Shown in pieces: positions 9,466-22,529 of a stretch of 64,000 nt of DNA (its first letter is position 1; each line of letters opens with the position of its first letter). A model generated the notes under the pieces. That model saw only the letters and a list, made by a program, of their open reading frames with translations, did not search any database and was not told the DNA's origin. The stretch lies in NCBI GenBank assembly GCA_013115145.1, contig JAAPAO010000034.1:58054-122053 (forward strand). Direction: 5' to 3'. Origin of the DNA: Perkinsus chesapeaki ATCC PRA-425 (lineage: Eukaryota > Protista > Perkinsozoa). The position numbers and the translations under genes were made by a program.

Positions 9466-12400
9466 ATGTTGGGCTGTCGAGTGGTAAGACGGTGGGCTTC
9501 AAGCCAACCCACCGCCGCCGCAACAGCAGCAGCAGTCAAGCCAATTTTCGAACGTTTTGTGACTGCTATTCGCGGGAGGATGCTGACGGATGAGGTATGA
9601 TGGACTCATATTCTGTTTGCATGTAGCTGTTAGATGGCGGAGGAGCTAACACTGGCTTTGAGGAAGGAGCAGAATATAAAGGATGACCCTTCACAGGCGT
9701 GCTTGGCGACTGCTTTGGTAGTGTTGGGAGGACTGGGCTGGCCACAGTGTGTTTGGTAATTACTATATAGTCAAGGTTGTTGAAGCAACCATTAAGGGTT
9801 GCTGCTCTTTTTCATTAAAAACAGTCCCAGAGGGATGGGAGTAGATGCTCCTTCGGTCCTCAATCGAATGAAGTTTGCGGGATGTTCAAGGTTGTGGAAT
9901 TTTCTGGTTCGAGAGCGAACTGAGCGCATTTGGGAGAGTTGGTGACTTCGTTCATCAGCTACCTCGAGTGTTCCTTGCGGCAGAGGTGCCCGATATCGAT
10001 GAGGGTGGTATAACAAAAGTACTGACATTAGGAGAAGTCAAGTCTATTTTAAAAGGGTTGTTGGATAACCATGGACAACACTTATCAATGGATGCTACAG
10101 TAAGAAGGAGGGGCCTGCTGGGGAAAGTTTAGCGAAGAATGGTAGATAAATAATTAGTCTCAAAAGGGGGTTCTGTTGGGGATCGATTATAAGCGTTTGA
10201 TGGAATTGTTATGACCTCATTTTCACTGTGCGAGCATGATTGGCAATATTTAGCGAATAGATCCAGGTCCCTTCAGGAAGCAGTCTCGGGCAAATGCTAG
10301 GGTATCATGGACGGCTACGTAATGAGGTATTGTCTTATATCAGGTTCAGGCTGTAATGTGTTTACATCACAGCAAAGTTGAGGTTACTGATAGCATCCTT
10401 GAAGTGGTGTTAAGAGTACATAGAGCAGCAATGGCCAGTATGGTCAATGGAGGTAACCCTAAGCGAGACTCAATAACAGTTGCTCTGTGCAAAGACCGGG
10501 GAGGCAAATAAATGTCCGTTTGTTTCTTGTCTATCTGGGTGGTGATTGCCGGGCAGCAACTTATGAAACTCCAGCAATGGTAAAATCCTACAGACGGAGC
10601 CTGTACAGAAATAAATAGTGGGGAGGGTGTAGAAATATTATATTAATACTGGTTATAGTTGAGCATGGGAAAATGATGATATGTTACTTTAGATCTGCCA
10701 AAGAAGGAATATCTCGAGCAATTGGTTGAATCAATGAAGGTGATGAAGTACTTCAGGAGGAGTAAGGTGGCATCTGAGGGGTTCCTGCCCTACTACCAAC
10801 GAGCGTTGTCGATGGTTACCAAAGTAAGCTGGGTTGGAGGGACATCCAGGAGTTACCTGCTTCCTCCTAGGATGGGTATTATGATGAATGCATGGTTGAA
10901 GCTTTGATACGTTTGGGCAAGCTGTTACGGCTAAGGACCTTTACGTGAGTGGAGGGGAGCTCGGTTGGCCTGTTGGACTTGTCTGTTCGAGCAGGCGTGT
11001 AATGCGATCGTATCGGGAGAGGTTCGAGAGTATTCCTCCATCAGAGTTAGCGCGGTTCCCACAGCTGTTGGAAAGGTAGCCAGTTGGAGGCGGCGGCGCG
11101 CCACAGTGTATTGCTTCCGGCACAGGTTCGATGTGAGGGATAGCCGTTATTTCGAGATTTTCCTGGTTCGTGGAGTGCTGCATCAACTCCCTGCCTTCAC
11201 CATCGCCGACATTAGGACCCTCGTGCGCTCACTGTCGAGCTACAAGTGCCCTTACCCAACTGAACCTGAACCACTCCTTCGTCTGCTCTTCAAAGTGGCC
11301 CACATCAGCCCCGAGCTGGATTCCCGAACGTTATCGACGCTCCTCGGTGGTGTGTGCTCTTCGCTGACTGAGCGCGAACTGGCACGGGGTGATGTGCAGG
11401 AATATGTACGAGAATTGATGGAGCAGTTGGAATTGAAGAGCTCAGAAGGTTGGTTTGAAGGACACCTAAATCTTAACAAGAGTCCCTCACTTCGCAGATG
11501 AACACCTGCCAGACTCCTTAGCTGTGCTCGAGGCGGTCACTAAGTCATTGTTGCTCAGAGAAGGTCATGGACCAACACGGAGACTGCTTACTAGGGCTAT
11601 TGGAGATGTTCGTGAGGAGATTGGTGGAGCGAAGTGGATCGATGGAGGCGGTTTACCAACGTTGGTGGAGTGCATTTCGCTCGGGTGCGTTTGTAGCACC
11701 TTGAGCTGCTTCAATGCTGTGCTAGGTTCGATTACGAGCCCAAGCTCATGGGCATGTTATTTAAGGAAATATCTCCGGCCATCCCTGGGCTACCGAAAGG
11801 GGACAGAGTGCGCACAATAAAGGCGCTGTTGGAATCAGCACCGGTAGAGCTGGCTGAGTTAGCAGCAAACAAGGTGGAGGAATCTAAGATCCTGGAGGGC
11901 TTGAGGGTGAGCATGGCTGCTTCCATCATCTACATGAAAATGGTGTTCTCCATCTGGTGTCAAAATATTATAGGAAGTAGGCTTCTTCGTTAAGTCGATA
12001 AAGCTCCCAGAATTTGTTGGCCTCCTCTACCGGGATAGATAATGTATGCTGATGATTGGATACTTCATTCTTGTTAGGAAGTGCAGCTCCCTGCAGTCGC
12101 GTCCATTTGGATGGGTGTCGTTGCCCTCACTAATGGGAACGATGCTAGGCTCGACAGATTGGCCAGTTTTATATCGGAGAGTGATAGTAAGCGAGAAGAA
12201 GGCATCGTCCTCGGATAAAGATGAGCGTTAGGTTCCACTTTGGGGGACCTGTGTCGTGCGTGGGCTGCCTTAGGCGCCTGTGATGCCACCATAGTTGATA
12301 GTTCTATAAGGGCTGTAAAAGAGGCAATAAAGTCTAAACTGGGAAAAGAAGTTGAACCACGTCATATTAAAATGATGTACGTTGATAGAGCTGGAATTGG

Positions 12401-13093
12401 CAGAGTTGGCAGGGGTCTACTTATTTCTCTTTCAGTTACGGAAGCATCAGTCACCCAAAACATTTGAAGGAAATCAGTTCATCTCTCCTGTACGAGGCGG
12501 CAAGCTTCGATGTGATGAGTTTGTCTACTCACTGCGGTGGATTTGATCATTTAGTTGCCCACCAAGTGCGCCCTGTACGCAGCGATAAGCAGCCTCCATG
12601 ACGCAGTCGGTGCAGCCGAGCTCATGAGACTTATTGTCAAGCAACTCAATCGTATGCTTCACGTTAGTTTACCCGTTTGATCGTGTTCTCCCTGGCAGAG
12701 ATAGGATCACAAAAGACGTCTCAAGTAGCTTTGGATGAGCTCTACAATGCCACAGTACAACTTAGTCTTGGCAACATTGGCAATATAATGGAGGACCATA
12801 AGGGTTTAACAACTCGGGTGCAGCGCATATCTCCTCTATCAATGCATCAACATACATTCAGGTTCTTCGCCAGTATTCCCGGGCTATAACTGACTTTGCT
12901 CCAAAACGCCGCAAACGGAACATCACAGCCGGCGGAGCGATGTTCGCTGTTTCTGGAGCATCACTTAGGTAGGCTGTCGGCCGTGGCAGAAGGTGATACC
13001 TTGATGGTCAGGCAAACGCGGCGGCTTGTTGAAATGATGGAGAGTAAACAACGTAAGAATGGCGGCTTTGTCGAAGTAACTGCCACTGCATAA
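9466..13093 (+). CDS. Large intron-rich helical protein with mitochondrial-type presequence
   Basis: MLGCRVVRRWASSQPTAAATAAAVKP presequence-like start; many Leu-rich amphipathic exons (e.g. LGDLCRAWAALG); ends EVTATA* at 13093; may be more than one gene. Confidence 0.5.
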
Positions 13094-14634
13094 CAATGTT
13101 CCACCGCATGATGTGTTTCTGATAGTGTTATGGTTTGTGTTAAAGGTTAACAGTGCAATATACGCGAAAAGAATGTGAACAAAACCGTTATGCACATTAG
13201 ATTTTGACACAAGTCCAAAAACATGACCAAAAAATATCCTTCTACGGATGAGAGTCATTCGGGTTCAATTTGCCGGAGGGCCCGAGCGAAGGGAAGTGAA
13301 TTTCGAAGGGCCCAACCGAAAAATCGGTGAGGTCCTCGCGCGGTGTGGGACGAGACAAGATAAACAATTCGATCCAGCATGTGCACCCTCACGGCGTGGC
13401 ATGCCGTAGTTGATACATTTGCACCAAGATGCACGTAAACCCCCTCTTGATCACTAAAATCGCGTTAGTAACGCGATTTCCATGTAAGGTAGGTCATTAT
13501 GACCCGGTCATACCACAATAGTCAAAAGTCGAACGAACCTCCAATGGCCATTCCATCGTCCGTTTGATGGATGATGGAGCGGCCATTTGGGAGGAGCAGT
13601 CAACCCAATCCAATTTATTCACAAGTAAACGGATACCAGCACAGAGAGTAGAGAAATAGGGGGGATGGAAGTCCTTCGCACAGATCCAGACAGTACCAGT
13701 GATCATGGCTTTCCCGTCATGCTATAAAATAAGATAGTTTAGTGCCAGGGGTCCTGTCCTATGATCTCTATTCATCTACGTGCGAAACGAACAAACCCAA
13801 CTCCGCTTGTGTCGCAAGCGTAGTTGGTTCCAAGGAGTCCACTGTGGGAACCTTTCTTCGAGGCACACGGGAAGGCTTTCTGAAATATGATGCAAATACT
13901 CGCCATTATATGTAGCTGAACGGGATCGATGTACATACGACACTCCAGAAACAGTAGAAGGCTTGCTACATCGCTCTAACACATATCGGCGCTGGTGACA
14001 TCGTCGCGCCAGCAGGAAAAAATGCGAACTTGCTTATTGACAACAGGGCTCCAAGAAAGCCTGCGAGTTGACCACGGAATGTGAGCTCCGAACACAGGTT
14101 CGGGCTTCAGCCAATTGTTGGGGGATGTGCTCGCGGTGTCCACGATTCCGATAGCCTGCGAGGAGGCCACTTCATCCTAATTTGACCTTGCCGAGTGAAC
14201 CACTGATTAATGACTATTGGAAATACACCACAGACTGTGGCCCACAGTACAACGCCGGTTGACGGCGCTAGCCGATAGCTAGTCCGGACATCCCCACTTC
14301 CTGGGGCCCCTATCCGGACTAGATTAATATACGGGAAGGAGGCGCCGACGGAGCCGCTACGGTGTTAACAAGGTCGGACGTGCGGCGGCCCAAATGCAAT
14401 CGTCAACACTGATAGCGATGACAGCATACACTGTACGGACAAGCTCCAAGTGTGAGTGCCGATGACCAGCGGGTGAAGGTAGAACCTAGTTTCAGTGCCC
14501 ACCACTCAACTACTAAGGATACAAGATAGGTTGCAGGCGCGGAAATAACGCATTTACGAAATTTTTTCGAACTTATTTCTTCAATAGCATACCTTGGGCG
14601 AACTGCAAGTTCCATATTATGCTTCGGCTAATGA

Positions 14635-15847
14635 TCTCACACGACCCCGGCCTGGAGCCAGCAGAGTAATGGAACCGCGGAAGGAAGGGCTGGCCAGCTG
14701 AAAAGGCGCGTCAACGTTCTCGACCTACCGTGGGACGTCGCCTTGCGCCAGCTGGCTGGCAACACCGCGGTCCGTTTCTCCGGACTCCGGAATCCGGAGG
14801 CTCCTCCGCCGAGCTGACCTTCGGTACAAGGGCGTTGACATCGGCTGAGGCGGTTTCTCTCGCAGTTCAAGGCAAGACTTCTGGCTCACTAGGACCGGTC
14901 CCTTTGCCGATGGACGTTCTTCCCCCTGAGGAGACTATTGTTCGGTCTCTGGTGGATGACTTGGTAGGCAAGGAGCCGCTACATGTTATGAAGAAACACA
15001 TCGGCGAGTCGGTTCGTCGATTCGCTGGGGAACAGAAATGCAAGAATGACGTGGCCGATATCCCTGAGGGCACTCTCATGGACTTAAGGCGCCCGGGAGC
15101 TCGGGCTATTGAAGGCGAGCTTGTGAAGGTGAACGGTGTGGACGTGTCCAATGGTCCTTTCGTCTATCTTGCCAAGTTAGCTGGTTTTAGCTTCCGCTGG
15201 GTTCTCCGCCTGGTTAATCGGTTTCCGTGGCCGCGTACCACCCGGAGGTTAGGCAAGAAGTCGCTGATCGAGAGAGGCCGACGTTGGCGGTGGAAGGCGA
15301 GCTAGATGTTGCAGATGTGGAGGAGGGTGACTGCGTTTTGGTGCGACTGTGGACGGGGGCTGATGTCCTGGCTCTGGTTTCCGATGTTGTCGAGCCCCGT
15401 TATCTCGTCCGTGTGCTGGACTCCGGTGACGGCAAGGTGTTCATGCCGGTGTGGCTGGAGGCGGATGGCTCCACGTTGATGGCAGTCGATAGCCTGGATG
15501 ATGCGGTTACGCTGGTCAGGCAGGCGGTCAAGATTATCATGAAGATGAGGCTTACCGCTACTGGTCGCCTGTCGGAGGCAAGTCGGGAGGCTCTCGTTGT
15601 CCGTGGGTATCTGGAGGTTTAGAGCTCTAGTGCTCGGGGGGCCCTGCAGCGAAAGCGCGGCATCCGCGTCACACGGGCACGTACAGGGAGAAAAGTAGAG
15701 AGATTCGGCGTCTCGAGCTCACCTTGGAGCGCGGGGTGCAAGTCAGCCGACCCTCTCTTGCTGCAGGGCCTCTTTAAGGCTCGGACTTCCATGCAGTGTA
15801 GGCGAAAGAATTCTACTCGAATAGAGCGAAAAACATGCACTGTTACA
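14635..15847 (+). mobile_element. 5'-truncated, frameshifted LTR retrotransposon remnant (integrase core end, C-terminal modules, PPT, putative 3' LTR)
   Basis: SHTTPAWSQQSNGTAEGRAGQLKRR...PWDVAL (integrase TPYxPQSNGxAER motif) from 14635; frameshift into RTPESGGSSAELTFG; GPF motif; second shift near 15217; stop 15622; G-run 15636-15641 followed by TG at 15645 and TGTTACA ending 15847; intronless and GC-rich. Confidence 0.7.
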
Positions 15848-16200
15848 TCTTAGCTCTGGCGCGCAATGATGGACTATAAACGCTTGTTGTGGATCGCCAC
15901 TAATTATTCCGGGCTGGAAGTTTCTTACAACTTGCACAATTACTGCTGCAGAATATGGAGAAAAATCAACGGTGATTTTCAAATTTGACATCTGAGCCCG
16001 CCTTATCGGCGATAATTGGCTCCCTGCAACAGCGCCACGTTTCGGTCACGTACGCGACGCAACTTGCGCCGCCCCCTTCGTTGACGTGCGTGCTAATTTA
16101 ATTCCCCTTGCAAAAGTGAGCTAGGTTATGAGCTTCGGGTTGGTCTCGCTGGCACTAATCAGCGCGTTTCCAGGAAGATCGCCACCCTGTTGTTATCACT

Positions 16201-16683
16201 ATGACTTCTACCAACTATATCATCGGTACTATTAATATCATTGTCATGTATATCAGTCTTCGCCTTACCGCTACTGCCAGTGAGGCTCACCCGTTACGCT
16301 CTAGTGATCCCCGTGGCTCATTCTATCGTGCCAGCGAGTCCTTGGGGCCATCTCTTACAGCCCGACCGATTACTGGTAACTACACTTGTTTTCTATGCAC
16401 CTATGTGAACAGGATTGAGGTTCTGGCGATCAACAGAGTTCTGGTGTTCCACAGTGTTAAGGGTAAGATGAAAGAAACCTTTTATGGATGTCATTACACT
16501 GTCATCGAACTAGAAGATTCGGGTTGGCAACTGACTCTGACCGACGGTTGGCAGGAGCTCGTTAGAGATTCCTATTATTTTTATACCAACAATACTCGTA
16601 CTGACATCATCGGTAAATACCCAACTATCATGGTACCTGTCGCAAATGTTTGTTACGAAGAGTTTGATCTGACATACATATAA
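16201..16683 (+). CDS. Intronless secreted orphan protein, 160 aa
   Basis: Hydrophobic N-terminus YIIGTINIIVMYISLRLTATASE; beta-rich body; CFLC motif and two further Cys. Confidence 0.65.
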   Translation: MTSTNYIIGTINIIVMYISLRLTATASEAHPLRSSDPRGSFYRASESLGPSLTARPITGNYTCFLCTYVNRIEVLAINRVLVFHSVKGKMKETFYGCHYTVIELEDSGWQLTLTDGWQELVRDSYYFYTNNTRTDIIGKYPTIMVPVANVCYEEFDLTYI

Positions 16684-17528
16684 CCATGATCTAGGATTTT
16701 GATGTCAACAGCGGAGCACATGCTAAACCGCAGTGATAGTGAATGACTTTTCTTCTCAATAATGTTGAGCCAATACGCTCATTTTTAGGCGTGATCATTT
16801 GGGTCGAGCATCAGATAGAGCAGGTTTCTTATTTCGGAGGACTTATGTTGCGTGAAAGTCTGAGACCTACGTTTATGTACCAGATATAGATGTCAAACAT
16901 TTCAGTTCGCCCCGGGAAGGGCACAGAACGCACTGACTACAATACAAGGAGAAAACTAGGCCCCGATGGAAATGCCCAGTTCGACGGAGCTCGAGTCGTG
17001 GAAGCGGGGTCATTACTTGCGGTCGGTTTTCTGAAAGGTTCAGTAGGCTACTTAGTAGCCGCTACTGCTAGTAGCGCCAAGGAGCTTCAACGGCGACTCA
17101 CTGCCAGCAATTAGCTTCGTCTGCCATTGGCAGGCTGCCAAGTCCTTAATCTGCATCATGTTTGAAAATGCATTGTACATGAACTACTCATATGTACACT
17201 TCCCTAGGTAGTGCCTAAAATTGAGCCTTCTTGTTATTTGAGCAATCAACGGAGAGGAACTTCCCGTTCAAGTCTGATAGCACATGTTTTCCGGTTGTAT
17301 AAATGTTATTGTCTTTCACAGTTTGTTATTTTCTCTTTGGGCCGGATAACCAAAAGCCGTAACTCTCGCTTTATATGATGTAGTCTCCGTGTGTATTAGA
17401 AAGGTAGGTATCCTGCATGTAAAGCCACTGAAGGCAGTACGCGTGCCGTGAATGCCACAATATACCTTCCTGAAACAAACTCCACTACTCCAGGAACGAA
17501 AAAGGCCGGCTTGAGTCATCCAACATCG

Positions 17529-19998
17529 TCAAGGACTGGAGGATTGGTTTTCCGGTTCGTCCATAATTGTCCACGAATCATCCAGCTTCTTGAGTAACTC
17601 AAGGCTAGCTGCTTTGAGACGGGCTTCAAGTGACATGCTACATTCTGAACAAGTTGCAACGCCTTTAAATATTCCTATTCCAAGAGCCCGGCCAGCTTCC
17701 TATTGGAATGGTGTTCGTTAACGAGGGACGGCTCATAGATACTCCTACTGCCTTCGGCGGGGCTATTGTGGCTTCTTCGGCTATAAGGCGGAATAACATT
17801 GGCAAGTCGAGCTGTGCTCACCCATGGAAGGTGCTGTTAAAGATATCCTAGCAGTCGCCGGAATTAAGGAACCTCCCGGGCTTGGGATGCTTGGCACCGA
17901 GCCTGGGCTCTAAATGCGCTCATCCTTATCAAACTAACTGCCGTTGCTTACCTCCACTGTGTACTGATCTTCTACGATAAGGGGTCCATAGTTAACCCTT
18001 AAAGAGGTTGCAATATTCTCTTCGAGTAATTTAAACCGCTCCTCGAGGTCAGATTGCTTCCGACTATCGCCGATCTCACTTGATATCTTTTCAATATCCT
18101 CTTTCAACTGACTTGCCTTAACTCTCATAACCGCCATCTCCTGCCAATACCTCCGATCATTATTTCGACGCACCTAGTTGGCTTACCTCTTGCACCTTCC
18201 TTATAGCATTCTGAACTCTGTTCTCCACTTCCCTCGCAATACTCGTCGGCTTGCTCGTAGCGTCGATAACCTCACGCCTGGGTTGTCACCATCAAAATAT
18301 GCATTAAACGAAGTGCTACATCTTCATCATCATCGCTTCTTGTTCGCCGTGCATGCCAGCTTGAAGCGCTTCCGTCGCTCGACAGCTTTGGTCGACTTTT
18401 CTGGTTACAATGGCAACCTTATGGTCGATAACCTGTCCCACCATGCGAACTCCATTCCTCGTGAAAGCCTCTCTGGAATATTGATATTCCGATAATCAAT
18501 CTCAGTAACTCCCGGCCGGTACTGCGCAGCTACAGTTCACCTTAAGCTCCCTTTGTATTTCGGCTGCTCGCGTATCACTTTCCACCTTAGACTTCTCCAT
18601 CCTCATTTTCACCTGTTTCAGCACCGCATTATCGACAAGCTTGATGAACTCTGACGAAGCCAGCAGGCTTCTCCTGAGAGGAGCCTGAATTCGCACAAGT
18701 ACTGTGCCCTTTCCCACTGCGTCAGATAAACACCGTCGCCGCTGCACTCGCTGCCTGTGAAGGAGCGGTTCAGTTGGACTGATCCCGAATCTCGTCCTTG
18801 AGGTAGACCCTGACCAAGATGGAACTTCAGTTACTTTATCCCAGTTTGTTTCGATCTGTCGCCCGACATGCCTCACTAGAAGCAGCACGAAGCTATCAAG
18901 CAGTAGCGGCTCTATTCACGACTGCCGACTCATATAACAGGCATGCTACTGTGGAGCGGCTGCCACCCACACCGCTTTATAGACCTTGACTGGCTTACTG
19001 CCATCTGGACCAACCGTTTGGTGCGGCTAAGTTCACGTTGCAGGCCGCTAACAGCTGTGTTGCATTGCTTCAAGGATGCCCTTATGGACTCAGAGAACCT
19101 AGCTTACATTATCCATCCCCAGGTCCACTGAATGCCGTACAGATTAGATGCTTCTCTAGACTTGTCCAGTCCCTCCTCAGTCGCCGTTTGCCTGTCCTTA
19201 AGCTGCTCAATCTGCTGGATCAACGCGCAGTCATCGAGCCGCCTGAAGCCCCCTCTCCACCGCTGCCCTGAGCTTTCCTGCTACCGCTGAACCTTTCCTT
19301 CAACAAGTGCAAGCAACCAGTCTTCCCGTAGCTCATTCTCATCCCCACTATGGGACATCTCAGACAACTTCAGCTCAACCCTGGTCAGTCGGGAGTCCAC
19401 CTATACCGACAAGGCCAACTGCCATTCAGAGCCGTCGCCTCAACTGCAGCTGCGATGGCTTTCCCTGCCATCGAGTCCAACGACGCATCTTCCTGTTTAC
19501 TCTTTATAATTCGGGCCATATCGTCCGACGCGTTATGTTGCGATTGGCTTATCTGAGCCTCGAGGTTCGACGGGCAGTTTAAGAGTAGCTGTCGGAACCT
19601 TGCAGACTGTCGCTTCCAAAGAGGCAAGTCTATCGCTGATTGATTGCCATTGTTTTTTCGAGTCTTCCTTCAACTCCCATAGCCAAGACACCTACACTAC
19701 TCGGCGGTGAGTGAGCCGTTGCTGCTGGTGATGTCCTACCAAACCTGCTACAGCAGCTTGGTCATTGTGTGCTGAACTGTCCCCAAATTCCTCTTGCGAG
19801 GACACGAATACGCTTTCGTCGGATTGCTGCATTGAAACCATGGAGTTAGGTCTGTCGAGTGGACGGTGTCCACGTGTCTTGTCTTACAATGCTTAATGCT
19901 GGTGAATCACTGAATTGACAACTACTTTCTTTCATGGCATCATCTTCATTATTATTGATTATTGAATGGTTCCTCGAAGTGGGCGTCGAAAATAACAT
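17529..19998 (-). CDS. Intron-rich coiled-coil protein
   Basis: Exons with heptad E/K/L/Q-rich frames (VKASQLKEDIEKISSE, LEAQISQSQHN, LEARLKAASLELLKKL); start MLFSTPTSR, stop ENQSSSP* at 17529. Confidence 0.55.
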
Positions 19999-20571
19999 GA
20001 TTTTCGTTAGTTACGTAATACCGCTTCTTCTTCCGGTTATTAACAACACAAGTGGCTTCACAGCAGTTCTAGAGAAACTGTCTAACTTTATACTCTTGTA
20101 AGGGTGTGATTCATTATGAGCTCCTCCTTTCCCTTGGACAACCAGAGAGCAGCAACTAGCGGCAACCTAGTAGAGGATGAGGTCTGGCTGAAGGACGGAT
20201 GGAGGAGCAAACGCGCTTGCATAGGCAAGGACGTGGTACGTACCTGGCAGCAGTATCTTAGTTATATGAAGACACCGCTGCCTACCAGTAATCAGGCATC
20301 AGCCATACAATATTATTATTACAGACAAACACAGCAGCAGCAGCAGTAGCAATGACAATGGCAGCATGCCTTGACACCTATATACCAGGCCAACTATGGC
20401 GGTGGCGTACGATAGTCAAGTGCTCTTGCACAACTATTAACTGTTATACTTCATACATTCACGAGGAGACCAGCGGATTCGAAAGTAGAAGGGTTACCAC
20501 TACCAACGATTTGGATGACAATATCAAGTGTGCATCCAGCCAAGACCTGAAGAACCTGACTAAGCTTATTC

Positions 20572-22250
20572 TCAAGCTAGTGTCATTACCCTTAGTGTAG
20601 GGCTGTGGCTCTTAGTGAGGTGGTCGAGGCCTTGGGAAATAGGCACCAGATTAGCCTCGACGAACGAAGGCAGCATTTGCGGTGACACTCTGAGAAGTTC
20701 GTGCTTGTGCTGGGCAAGGCAGTTAGCCAACCCACCTCCTGAGGCCTTGGACAATCGCCACAGTGTGGAGGTCAGACCACGCTCTCTCATCCTTGCTCTT
20801 CACCAGCTCGCAGAGGGCTCCCGCGAGCATCTCTAGCACTGCAGATGACTCACTATGTGATAAGGCCTGATGCACAGGTCCTATCGAAGCATCGAACCAT
20901 TGGCGCTTACGCAGGCTAGCATTGAGAGGATGGCATCGTCTTCTATGGCGTTCTTGCCAGTGCCCTTCACACTCGCAAAGGGAGAAGAAAAAGGCTCCAA
21001 TAGTCCTATAGGGAGGACTGGGTACGTATTAAGGGCAGAAAAGGTAGCCAGAAAGGCCAACCGGACGAGGGAAGCACGGTGTAGTACTGAACAACGGGAC
21101 GAAGATTCGGGCGTGAAGAGGTCAGCCTTACTCGGTGAAGCTTTCGTGGCTCTCACAAGCAGTACGATGGAGTCCAACGTCTGGCGGGAAATATCGAAGC
21201 CTCGGGAGTCGGCTAAGTTGAGCAGCTCCACACAATCCTCGACCTCCTTGGCATGACCCTCAATAATATGCGTCGCGTGCAAATCTGAGCAAATTTGTAC
21301 CAACTACGTAGAGCACCACGTGGTGCTTACTGAAGGTCTCGAGGACAGCACAGGAATTGACATCCATCTTGGCATCGAGCTCAACCAGACCGAGGACGCC
21401 ACTGGGGCTCCATCCAGACCCTAAGATAATGGAAGTACCAAGCGACCGATTCATTAGCTCACCTTTGCTAGCTAAGAAGTCCTCATTAAGGAGCTTAGTC
21501 AACCAAATACACTTATGGAAGCACGACTTGTGATCGGTGAAAGTAATCTTGAAATGAGCCATCAATGCATTCAGCGAACCAGGAAGATAATCTGAATTTG
21601 AATTAGCCATTGGCAGGGCAGATGATCTGTGCTCTTACCTTTGTCCTCAGCAGTGCAGTCTGTCAATTTCGCGTCCGCCAGAGCACTGACGAGCTTCTCG
21701 AAGAGGTGAAGGGACATCGGAGACCACGCCTCTGTCTCGGTGGCAGCGGTCGAGACAGAACTGCAGGAGTTACGGCCATGGCACCCCGATGGCTTCACGA
21801 TGGGCTTCCCCTTCCCGACTGTAGGCCCCAAGCGTATTGCCGTGGCGCCTAACAGATGGATGAATGAGACCGGTATGAGGAGCGAGCTTACATGAACGGA
21901 AAAGACCAGGCACGGCTGAGGCATCCAAAGGCTTCTGGCTTGTACGCATCACGAGCTCAATGCTGTGGTAGGCCTTACAAGAAGGTCGGAGATGATGCTG
22001 GTAAGTTGGGAGCAGGAGCCAACCTTCTCTTGAAACTCCTCGTGTACCACTCCGGACCCCACTATTGCCCATAAGAGCTGCGCAAGATCCTTGGCTTTGA
22101 GCTTGAACATCAGACGACTACGACTGTGGAGATATTCGCTGGATCGTGTCATGAGAACCGAGAGTGATCGAAAGGAGGTTCGGGGACTGCTGGTGAGACC
22201 TGACAGGTCGGGCTAGGAAACTGGTATAGTTGAGTTCGTTGGCGATGAGG
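20572..22250 (-). CDS. Helical-repeat (OPR/HPR-like) hypothetical protein, multi-exon
   Basis: KAKDLAQLLWAIVGSG repeat-like unit and Leu-rich helical exons; 5' boundary uncertain. Confidence 0.45.
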
Positions 22251-22529
22251 TGGGAACAGTGGCCGCGGTGAGATGTATGAAGTTCACTATAGCGTCGCCG
22301 AGTTCGATGCTGAAGAAACTTTTCGTCTCGAGAAATTTTTCATGCGGAAATTTTCAATAATTTGCACGCTTTTTGCATGTTGCAAGTGAGCGTATTGTCA
22401 GTAATTATGAAAATAGCTGTTATAAGGTAACTAAAAAAGTAATCCAGGTAAGCGTACTTAGGAGAAGGTAAATACAGGTCTAAGGGGTGTGCAGTATGCC
22501 GATAGTATCGAATTCAGCTGGAACCTAGT

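Noticed and set aside
14356-14363. ACCGTAGC on the minus strand, resembling the start of the perkinsid spliced leader
   Set aside because: Only 8 nt match and not followed by CATCTTGGCTCAAG; no SL gene or relic seen by eye in the window
20116-20600. Short plus-strand frames with Gln/Tyr runs
   Set aside because: Could not build a phase-consistent exon chain; may be a small gene but unsupported
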